Source: Chloroflexota bacterium (lineage in GTDB: Bacteria; Chloroflexota; UBA11872; VXNJ01). Taken from it: a stretch of DNA of 64,000 nucleotides. Each line of letters opens with the position of its first letter. The stretch's first letter is position 1. The notes beneath the pieces were generated by a model, which searched no databases, was not told where the DNA came from, and worked only from the letters and a program-made list of their open reading frames with translations. Made by a program: the position numbers and the translations under genes. This document shows, piece by piece, positions 20,610 to 28,200 of the stretch. Location: NCBI GenBank assembly GCA_030744875.1, contig JASLPR010000041.1:35816-99815 (forward strand). The letters run 5' to 3'.

Positions 20610-21500
20610 CTATTGCAGGGGCCGGCCGTTCAACTGGCCTTCGAGAATCTGGCCGGTGCGAGGACTGAATACGGTGATGCCGACGACGCGCTCGCTGCCA
20701 CGAGTCTGGAGGACGTCGCAGTAGTCATGCATAGTGCCGTCACGGCCGAGGGCCAGGCGCTCGAGTTCGATGATGACATCGCCAGGGGCGAGGCCGACGA
20801 GGTCGGCGGGGGAGCCGGACTCGACCGACCAAACCCAGATGCCGCTGACATTGCCGGCGACGAACGCCTCACCGTTCACCCCGATCCAGTCGTGGTTCTG
20901 GCCTGTTTTCAGCGTGTCAAGGACCGGGAGAGCGACTTCGAGGCCGATGGCGAAGAACTGGTTGAACGGCAGGTTGCCGGCGTAGACAATGCCAACCACC
21001 TGACCGTCTTCGTTGACGAGCGGTCCGCCGCTGTTGCCGGGATTGACGGCGGCGTCGTAATGAATGACCTGCTCGACGGATGCCCAGCTTGTTTCGCCGG
21101 GGGCGTCCCATTTGGCGACGATGCCGGAGACGAGGGCGTATTCGGGCTGGCCAAGGGGATAGCCGGCGGCGTAGATGGGGGTCCCGACGGAGACGGGCTG
21201 GTCGTGAAAATCGAGGAAGGGATAGCCATCACTGGGTAGCTGGATGATGGCGAGGTCGGCGCATTCGCTGGCAGCGATGACGCGGGCGTTGACCGGCTCG
21301 CGACGGCCGGGGACGTTGACGTTGAGGGTACCGACGCCGGTGACAACATGGTTGGCAATGACAACGAGGCCGTCGGCGCTGATGAGGAAGCCGGAACCCT
21401 GACCGACGACGTTCTGCAGGGTGCCGAATTCGGGGTCGGCAAGGGTGATCTGCGAGACGATGCGGACCGTGGCGGCAGCGACGCGGTCGAGGCTGGCGGG
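20610..21500 (-). pseudogene. Partial tandem duplicate of the upstream protease (protease core plus PDZ only), frameshifted
   Basis: The minus-strand translation parallels residues ~180-470 of the first copy (VAAATVRIVSQ...GQGSGFLISADGLVVIANHVVTG...NPGNSGGPLVNEDGQ / VVGIVYAGNLPFNQFFAIGL...QLNGRPLQ*). The frame breaks at ~21000, where this copy reads caccctgacc against cacctgacc in copy 1. There is no signal peptide, and no Gly tract or C-terminal domain. Confidence 0.7.
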
Positions 21501-21576
21501 GTCGGGTGCTGAAACAGCGGCGCGGGACGGCCCGTTACGCTGTCCCGGCGTCCAATGCCTTCAAGAGCGGTGCCCG

Positions 21577-21996
21577 ATGAGTACGCAAGATCACGAAACG
21601 ACCGCGGTCTGCCCGCGGTGCGGGGTGGCGGACTGCCGGCGGGCCTTCGACGAACTCTACGCGAAGGAGTTCAGCGATCACGCCTACGCGGCGGTGCACC
21701 TGCTGACGGTCGATGCCTACTCGCTGCAGCACGGCGAGGAGCGGAGCGCCCGATCGAACACCTATCACCTGGTGCGATTGACAGCGGCGCTGGAATTCGC
21801 GGCGGACTCAGGGACCGGGAGCCCGGAACCGCGCGGTTGGCGGGAGCGAATCGAGCGTGGGATCGCGCTGCCGGATTTTGCGATACCGGCAGATCCGGGC
21901 GAAATGACGGTGGCCCACCCGACCGGGGCGGCCGGCCCCGCAGAGCACGGGGAACGGGTGCGGGAATGGGCGTGGGCGGAACTGGAGCGGTTGTAG
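21577..21996 (+). CDS. Small uncharacterised protein with an N-terminal CxxC...C motif
   Basis: ATG at 21577 gives MSTQDHETTAVCPRCGVADC... (140 aa) with ordinary coding composition. The longer ORF from 21421 is probably a spurious extension. Confidence 0.6.
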   Translation: MSTQDHETTAVCPRCGVADCRRAFDELYAKEFSDHAYAAVHLLTVDAYSLQHGEERSARSNTYHLVRLTAALEFAADSGTGSPEPRGWRERIERGIALPDFAIPADPGEMTVAHPTGAAGPAEHGERVREWAWAELERL

Positions 21997-22064
21997 GCCG
22001 GCCACGGGGACCGGGGCGGGCGTGGCTAGAATGGCGCGTCGCAACAAACATAAGGGGGTTCGCA

Positions 22065-22913
22065 ATGAGCGAAGGGCGGTTGGCCGGGAAGGTGGCGATA
22101 GTGACCGGCGGGGGCAGCCGCGGGGGGGAGTTGGGTACCGGAGAGGCGACGGCGATCTGCCTGGCACGGGAGGGCGCGCGGGTGGTGGTGGCGGACATCG
22201 CCGCGGAAAACGCCGAGCGGACGGTGGCGGCGATTTCGGAGGATGGCGGCGAAGCGTCGGCATTCATCGGCGACGCCTGTCAGAGCCACGATTCCAGTTC
22301 GATGATCGATGCCGCGGTCGATCGCTACGGCGGGCTGCACGTCCTGATGAACAACCTGGGCTACCGTTCGCAGCCAAAGAAGCGCGGGCGTGGGGTGGAC
22401 GGGTTGGTGGAGGAGCAATTTGACGCGGCCGTCCAACTAAACCTGAAGACAGCGACCCTGGCCAGCAAGTACGCGATCCCGGCGATGAAGGAAAGCGGCG
22501 GCGGCTCGATAATCAATGTCTCGTCGGTTGACGGCCTGGCCGCGGGGCACAGCTACGGCGTGCCCTACGGGGTGACCAAGGGCGCGCTGCACATGTTGAC
22601 GATATCGACTGCCGCCTATCACGGTAGGGACGGCATTCGCGCGAATTGCATAGCGCCCGGCCATCTGCACTCGTCGTATACCAGCGCGATCGACCCGAAG
22701 CTGCGCGATCGACGGCGGCGGGTGGTACCGCTGGGGACGGAGGGGACACCGTGGGACGTAGGTTGGCTGGCGGTGTTCCTGGGAAGCGATGAGTCACGGT
22801 GGATATCCGGGGTGACGATCCCGGTTGATGGCGGGCTGTTCGCGGCGCAGCCGCTGGTGGCCCAGCACTACATGGAGGCGGACGAGATTGATTCCGAAGA
22901 GGGGACCGGCTAG
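22065..22913 (+). CDS. SDR-family oxidoreductase
   Basis: ATG at 22065 preceded by AAGGGGG. VTGGGSRGGELG Rossmann motif, NVSS, and catalytic Y-x3-K in YGVTKGALHML. 282 aa. Confidence 0.85.
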   Translation: MSEGRLAGKVAIVTGGGSRGGELGTGEATAICLAREGARVVVADIAAENAERTVAAISEDGGEASAFIGDACQSHDSSSMIDAAVDRYGGLHVLMNNLGYRSQPKKRGRGVDGLVEEQFDAAVQLNLKTATLASKYAIPAMKESGGGSIINVSSVDGLAAGHSYGVPYGVTKGALHMLTISTAAYHGRDGIRANCIAPGHLHSSYTSAIDPKLRDRRRRVVPLGTEGTPWDVGWLAVFLGSDESRWISGVTIPVDGGLFAAQPLVAQHYMEADEIDSEEGTG

Positions 22914-23762
22914 ATGCCATACGAACTACGCAAGCGGACGATGTACATGATGCCGACGCATTTCGGGCCGCAGGTAGGCCCGGTGCAGGGGCCGGGCGGG
23001 GAGTTGTATGCGTTTGACCAGGCGGGGCTGAAGAGGGAGGCGTATGCGGTGAGCTTCCGGACGAAGGCGGCGCAGCTGGAGGCGATGCTGCCGCCGGGCT
23101 TCGCGCTGGATGGTGAGCCGGTGGTGACGGTTGTCTATACCTACATGACCGAAATCGACTGGCTGGCGGGCCGCGGCTACAACACGCTGGGGGTGACCTT
23201 CGCGGCGCGCTACGCCGGCGTGCGGGACCGGGCGGCCGGGCCGCTGATGCTGGTGCTGTGGGAGAACCTTTGCGATCCGATCCTGATCGGCCGCGAGCAG
23301 CTGGGTTTCTCGAAGATCTATTGTGAGCTGCCGGACCCGGTGGTGCGCGAGGGGGAGACGAGCTTGCTGGCGAACTGGATGGGCTTCCGCTTCATGGACA
23401 TGACGTTGACGGGGATGGAAGAGGTGCCGGCCGGGAATATCCCGGTGCCCGCGGACCCGCCGGATGACGGACTTCTGCGCGGGCTATTGCACTACAAGTA
23501 CGTGCCGAAGACGGGTGACTGGGGCGAGCCGGAGGCGGAATACGCGGTGATGGGGCCGCCGGCGATGCCGGCGAATCCGCCGAAGCGGCTGTGGTGCGGA
23601 GACGGGACGGTGGAGTTCCACCGGGCACGCTGGGAGGACCTGCCGACCCAGTACCAGGTGGTGAACGGGTTCGCGGACCTGGAGGTGGAGGAGTTCGTGG
23701 GAGCGACAATCGAGCACGGCGTGGGCGGCAAAGGACTGGGGAACCAGGTGATCCTAGAGTAG
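22914..23762 (+). CDS. Acetoacetate decarboxylase (ADC)-superfamily protein (MppR-like); its start codon directly abuts the SDR stop
   Basis: 282 aa. IGREQLGFSKIY aligns with the ADC active-site segment GRELSAYPKK that carries the Schiff-base Lys. There is no gap between the SDR stop (22913) and this ATG (22914). Confidence 0.65.
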   Translation: MPYELRKRTMYMMPTHFGPQVGPVQGPGGELYAFDQAGLKREAYAVSFRTKAAQLEAMLPPGFALDGEPVVTVVYTYMTEIDWLAGRGYNTLGVTFAARYAGVRDRAAGPLMLVLWENLCDPILIGREQLGFSKIYCELPDPVVREGETSLLANWMGFRFMDMTLTGMEEVPAGNIPVPADPPDDGLLRGLLHYKYVPKTGDWGEPEAEYAVMGPPAMPANPPKRLWCGDGTVEFHRARWEDLPTQYQVVNGFADLEVEEFVGATIEHGVGGKGLGNQVILE

Positions 23763-23774
23763 GGCGGGGCGAGG

Positions 23775-24575
23775 CTAGGCGGGGAGCAGCGCCTCCAGGT
23801 GGGCGCGGGCGCTAGGCAACTCGGCGGCGTGGTCGCCACTGAAGTAGCCGAGGCCCTGCCAGCGCTCGCCGATGCAGCACTCGAAGGTCATGACGCCGGA
23901 GTAGTTGGAGTCTACGAGCACTTTCAGGGCCGGGGCGAAGTCGAGGTGGCCGCGCCCGGGCAGGAGGCGGTTGGAGTCGGCCAGGTGGATGTGGGCGAGG
24001 TGCGGCAGAGCGGCACGCAGTGATGCTGCGATGTCGGGCTCTTCGAGATTCAGATGGAAGAAGTCGGCCATGATTTTGACGTTGGGTTGGGCGATGCGCT
24101 CGGCGATGGCGACGGTCCCGGCGAGGGTGTTGAGGAAATGGGTCTCGTAGCGGTTGAGCGGTTCGATGGTCAGCGTGATGCCGGCGGCGGCGGCCGGCCC
24201 GGCCAGCACCTGGAGGGATTCCACGTAGGTCGCCGTCATGCGGTCGGAAGGGAATTGCGCGGAGATGTTGCCGAGCGCGCCGATGGTGGTGAGGACGCGG
24301 GCGCCGAGTTCGCTGGCGATGTCGACGGCCCGCAGCGCGGCGGCGAGGCGCGTGGAATGGTCGGGGTCGGGCACAGCCAGGCGGCGGAAGGGGAGTTCGT
24401 CGATGGAGTGGAGCATGACCGGAGAGTCTGCCAGGGCGGCGCGGACTTCGCGCCAGGAGTTTTCGAGGTTCGGGTAGCGGTACTCGATGAAGTTGAAACC
24501 GCAGGCAGCGGCCAGGGCGGGTTTGGCGGCGGGGTCGGGCCCGGGGAGGAGGACGTCCTGGACGGCGATTTTCAT
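23775..24575 (-). CDS. Sugar phosphate isomerase/epimerase (xylose-isomerase-like TIM barrel)
   Basis: 266 aa with the family pattern (HSIDELP..., ITLTIEPLNRYETHFLNT, IHLADSN). Confidence 0.75.
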   Translation of the reverse strand: MKIAVQDVLLPGPDPAAKPALAAACGFNFIEYRYPNLENSWREVRAALADSPVMLHSIDELPFRRLAVPDPDHSTRLAAALRAVDIASELGARVLTTIGALGNISAQFPSDRMTATYVESLQVLAGPAAAAGITLTIEPLNRYETHFLNTLAGTVAIAERIAQPNVKIMADFFHLNLEEPDIAASLRAALPHLAHIHLADSNRLLPGRGHLDFAPALKVLVDSNYSGVMTFECCIGERWQGLGYFSGDHAAELPSARAHLEALLPA

Positions 24576-24603
24576 GCGCCGATCCTACCCTTTGCGAATC
24601 TAC

Positions 24604-24951
24604 TCACGATCGGGTTGCGCGTTCGCGCAGGGCCTGGAGTTTGCCGCTGATGGCGGGATCTTCTTCCAGCAAATCGCGCAGCACGTAGACCATGGTGGCG
24701 TCGGCGGACGCGGCCGCCGCGTCCAGAAGATCCTGAAACTCGGCGTCGGAAATTGACGGGCGGCGCGCCACACGACGGTGGACGGGTGCGGCTTCGGGAC
24801 CGGCGTACTCAGGAGCGACCTGCAGGGTGCAGATCGTTTCCCTGCCGCCGGCGGCTTTGACCTGGCGGCAGGCCTCACCGACCCAGGCGGCGTCGCGGAC
24901 CAGGATCTGGTGGTAGGCCATGACTTCGATCTGAGCGGGGCCTCGCCACAC
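24604..24951 (-). CDS. Hypothetical small protein
   Basis: ~105-115-aa ORF with normal composition, lying downstream of the tRNA pair on the same strand. No recognised domain. Confidence 0.4.
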   Translation of the reverse strand: MWRGPAQIEVMAYHQILVRDAAWVGEACRQVKAAGGRETICTLQVAPEYAGPEAAPVHRRVARRPSISDAEFQDLLDAAAASADATMVYVLRDLLEEDPAISGKLQALRERATRS

Positions 24952-25047
24952 GATAACTGGTCATTATCGTATGTAGGAGCGCTGTGGCAACACACACGGG
25001 CCACAAGAATCGCCGCGTATTGCTTCCCAAACCTGTAAATCTGCTAT

Positions 25048-25124
25048 TGGCGGTCCCGACCGGATTCGAACCGGCGATCTTCTCCTTGACAGGGAGATAT
25101 GCTAGGCCGCTGCACTACGGGACC
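25048..25124 (-). tRNA. tRNA-Asp (anticodon GTC), with an encoded CCA
   Basis: Minus-strand sequence GGTCCCGTAGTGCAGCGGCCTAGCATATCTCCCTGTCAAGGAGAAGATCGCCGGTTCGAATCCGGTCGGGACCGCCA. 7-bp acceptor stem, anticodon stem TCTCC/GGAGA with loop CTGTCAA (GTC), and a GGTTCGAATCC T-loop. Confidence 0.85.
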
Positions 25125-25185
25125 TTGCTTCTTGATTCCCGCCGGGCAGACTGGAGTCCGCGCATTCCGACGTTCGCCGCGAAGC

Positions 25186-25272
25186 GGTGGGCCGGGCAGG
25201 ATTCGAACCTGCGTAGCCCTTCCGGGCGCCAGATTTACAGTCTGGTGGTATTAGCCACTCACCCACCGACCC
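25186..25272 (-). tRNA. tRNA-Tyr (anticodon GTA), type II with a long variable arm
   Basis: Minus-strand sequence GGGTCGGTGGGTGAGTGGCTAATACCACCAGACTGTAAATCTGGCGCCCGGAAGGGCTACGCAGGTTCGAATCCTGCCCGGCCCACC. Acceptor GGGTCGG/CCGGCCC with one G-U pair, anticodon stem CCAGA/TCTGG with loop CTGTAAA, a 16-nt variable arm and a T-loop. Confidence 0.85.
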
Positions 25273-25500
25273 GGGCAGCAGAAACCGGGTATCCCGACTC
25301 CTGACGCGACGAAGATTTTAGCAGACGCCCGGAGGGTTGGGGGAGCTTTTCATACGTTGCGGAGCCATGCAGATTGGGCGGTGGGCCGGGGTGAACGGGC
25401 AGCGACGGCGGTTGCTGGATATCATGCGCGCGACGGTCAGCGGCGCCAGAGCGCCGCTGGGCGACGGGGACGGCAGCAACATTCGCGCAGGTGAACTGGA

Positions 25501-26247
25501 TTGGACTGGATCGGCGATCGCTGGGACGACCTGGAGCCGCTGCTGCAGTTGCCGCACTGGGGAGCGCTGGCATTCACACTGATCTTCGTGCTGTTCTGGA
25601 CACGGTTGGGTCCGCGGGTGCGCATCTTTCGGGTGGGGGCCTGGCTGGCGCTGGTGGTGGGGGCGGTGCTCTTTCCGGTGACCGTGATCTGGGTGCAGCC
25701 GGAGGTTCAGGAGAGCGCCCGGGATCTGATGATCGCGGTGACGGACCAGCCGGCGGTGGACTCGCAGCCGCTGCTGTCGGGGCTGGCGGTGGCGATCGTG
25801 CGAGCGGCCGGGCAGGAGGCGCTGCAGATCATCGGGATCGTGTTTGTGCTGTTCCTGCTGGGCTTTCGCGGTGACCTGGGGACGGCGCTGGCCGTGGGGC
25901 TCGGGTCGGCGCTGGGCTTTGCGATGTATGAGTCAGCGACGGCGCTGACGCCGCTGCTGAATTTGGGGATGTCGGGCGACAGCATGATTCCGATCTTGCG
26001 CGGATTGTTCCAGGTGGGAGCGCACGTAGGAACGGGCCTCATGCTGGGGCGGGCCTGGGTGGAGGGGCGGTATTTGCGCTATTTCCTGATCGCAACGGCT
26101 CTGCACGGAGCCCTGGGCTACTCGGCGGTGTTGGCGATTTCGGGCTGGTCGGATGGGGCAGTGCTGGTGTATTTCGGGGCGGTGGGTCTGCTGGCGTTTG
26201 TGTGGGGGGCGGCGATCGCCGGGGCGCGGCTGCGCCAGGGAAGGTGA
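25501..26247 (+). CDS. Integral membrane protein, ~7 TM (function unknown; the TTG start is uncertain)
   Basis: 248-aa ORF rich in hydrophobic helices. No PrsW or CPBP motifs were found. Confidence 0.55.
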   Translation: MDWIGDRWDDLEPLLQLPHWGALAFTLIFVLFWTRLGPRVRIFRVGAWLALVVGAVLFPVTVIWVQPEVQESARDLMIAVTDQPAVDSQPLLSGLAVAIVRAAGQEALQIIGIVFVLFLLGFRGDLGTALAVGLGSALGFAMYESATALTPLLNLGMSGDSMIPILRGLFQVGAHVGTGLMLGRAWVEGRYLRYFLIATALHGALGYSAVLAISGWSDGAVLVYFGAVGLLAFVWGAAIAGARLRQGR

Positions 26248-26335
26248 TGATACCGCCGGGGTGAATGGCGGCGGCCAAAAAGAACTAGAATGCGCCGGGG
26301 TAAGCGGCTCGGAAATGAGGGAGGGAACAGGTGCG

Positions 26336-26698
26336 ATGCCGGTTCTGTTGACCATTGCCGAGGTGGCGCAGCGGATGGGACTTTCGAAGTCGGGCGTCTA
26401 TCGCCGGATTGCGGGTGGGGATCTGCGCGCGATTCGAATCAGCGACCGGGCGATGAGGGTGTTGGAGTCGGATTTGCAGGCGTATGTGGACCCGGTGGGC
26501 CCGGAACTGACAGTACGGGAGGCGGCTGCGGTGCTGCGCCTTTCGCCGTCGATGGTTTATGACCTGATCCGGGAGGGGCGACTGCCGGCGACGGACCGGG
26601 GACCGCGACGACTGCGGGTTCTACGCAGCGAGCTAGAGGCCTATATCGAGACACGGCCGATGGTGACCGAAGTGCCGGAGAGCCTGTTCGGGCGGTAG
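26336..26698 (+). CDS. Small DNA-binding protein made of two tandem excisionase/MerR-type helix-turn-helix domains
   Basis: ATG at 26336 lies 10 nt after GAGGGAGG. The two repeats are LLTIAEVAQRMGLSKSGVYRRIAGGDLRAIRI and LTVREAAAVLRLSPSMVYDLIREGRLPATDRG, both of the Xis/AlpA-like HTH_17 type. Confidence 0.65.
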   Translation: MPVLLTIAEVAQRMGLSKSGVYRRIAGGDLRAIRISDRAMRVLESDLQAYVDPVGPELTVREAAAVLRLSPSMVYDLIREGRLPATDRGPRRLRVLRSELEAYIETRPMVTEVPESLFGR

Positions 26699-26704
26699 GC
26701 GCGG

Positions 26705-27466
26705 CTAGAGGGCGGCGCTGATGCGGACGAGTTCGGTGAAGTCCTCGGCCTTGAGGCTGGCTCCGCCGACAAGGGCGCCGTCGACGTTTTCCTGTCGGGC
26801 GATTTCGTCCCAGTTGCCGGGATTGACGCTACCGCCATACAGGATGCGGACCGTGTCGGCGACGTCCCCGTCATAAAGTTCGGCGAGGCTGGCGCGGATG
26901 GTGCCGATGGTCTCGTCGGCCTGCTCGGGGCTGGCGGTGAGGCCAGTGCCGATGGCCCAGACGGGCTCGTAGGCGAGGATGACGCCGGGCATCTCGGCGG
27001 CGGCGACGGCGCGGAGGCCGTCGCGGACCTGCGCGCCGACGACGGCGTCAGTGTTGCCGGCGTTGCGATCTTCGAGTTGCTCGCCGACGCAGAGCACCGT
27101 CGTGAGGTCTTTATCGAGGGTGGCGCGGACTTTGTCGCCGATGAATTCGCTGGACTCACCAAAGATGGCGCGCCGTTCGGAGTGACCAAGGATGACCATA
27201 TCTACAAGACCGACGAGCATGGGGAGCGCGATTTCGCCGGTGAAGGCGCCGGATTCGGCGGGATGGGCGTTCTGGGCGCCGAGCTTGAGGGTGGAGTCCG
27301 CGAGCATGGCGGCAAGCGCGGGGAGGGCGACGAAGGTGGGGAAGATGGCGACTTCCACGGCCGGGTAGGGACCCGCGCCGGCGGCGACGCCTTCGCCGAG
27401 AGCGAGGGCCTCTTCGATGGTCTTGTTCATCTTCCAGTTGCCGGCGATGAGTTGTTGACGGGCCAA
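26705..27466 (-). CDS. tpiA: Triosephosphate isomerase
   Basis: The conserved N-terminus QQLIAGNWKMN begins at a TTG (27464-27466) preceded by AGG. Motifs GHSERR, AYEPVWAIGTG and YGGSV are present. The ~75 codons upstream in the same ORF are non-conserved, low-complexity extension. Confidence 0.85.
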   Translation of the reverse strand: MARQQLIAGNWKMNKTIEEALALGEGVAAGAGPYPAVEVAIFPTFVALPALAAMLADSTLKLGAQNAHPAESGAFTGEIALPMLVGLVDMVILGHSERRAIFGESSEFIGDKVRATLDKDLTTVLCVGEQLEDRNAGNTDAVVGAQVRDGLRAVAAAEMPGVILAYEPVWAIGTGLTASPEQADETIGTIRASLAELYDGDVADTVRILYGGSVNPGNWDEIARQENVDGALVGGASLKAEDFTELVRISAAL

Positions 27467-27594
27467 TTTGAACCTCGTATCGCGGGAGTCGGACGGCGTG
27501 CACCGGGTCGATGATTCACTGAAAACCCGGGAGCCGATGGTATCGTACTTACCGATTGTGACCGCACGCAGAGCGATATTTTCGGGGGTCGGCG

Positions 27595-28200
27595 TTGCGA
27601 GAAATCCCAACAGAGGTGCGTGAGGGCCGTGCGGCGGCGCTGCGGCTGCCCAAGGTGGAACTGCACACGCACGTTGAGGCGACCCCACGGCCGTCTACGC
27701 TGAAAGAGTTGGCGAGGGAACACGGCCTGCAACTGCCGCCGCGCCTGGACCCGGATTCGGATGTCCCGCTGGAGTTCGACAGCCTGCTGGAATTTCTGCA
27801 CACGCTGCGCGAGATAAACCCGCTGTTCGGATCGCCCGAAGTGTATGAGCGGCTCCACTACGAGCACCTGGAGGACTAGGCAGCGGACAACGTGGTGTAC
27901 TGCGAAACGCGGTTTTCTCCGGTGCGGCCGGTACTGGACCGGGACATGGACGTGGGAGGCCTGATCGTGGCGATGGGGGCGGCGGGAAAGCGGGCGCAGG
28001 CGGGTTTTGGGATCGATTCCGGGGTGATTTTGTCGCTGAGCCAGACGCGAGACCCGGGCGACAGCCGCGATCTGACCGCTGAGATTCTGCGGGTGATGGA
28101 CGGAAACCTGGTCGGCTTCGATATCGCGGATGACGAGTCGGTGGGCCCGGCGACCGCTTTTATGGAGGTATTCGAGATGGTGGCGGCGGGCGGTCTATAG
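27595..28200 (+). pseudogene. Adenosine deaminase-family gene interrupted by an in-frame TAG and truncated after ~200 codons
   Basis: PKVELHTHVEATPRPSTLKELA (the ADA metal-binding H-x-H start) ... YEHLED [TAG at 27880-27882] AADNVVYCETRFSP ... LVGFDIADDES. The frame ends at 28200 inside the start of the following CHASE2 gene, so the C-terminal catalytic half is absent. Confidence 0.7.

Noticed and set aside
21555-22064. 5' extension of the SDR ORF back to 21555
   Set aside because: It overlaps the small CxxC protein gene in another frame. A good RBS/ATG at 22065 coincides with the conserved SDR N-terminus.
25048-27466. Calling a bounded mobile element or prophage at the tRNA locus
   Set aside because: No integrase, no att-type direct repeat and no phage or conjugation genes were seen. 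Only the Xis-type HTH protein is suggestive, so it is reported as a possibility rather than a feature.
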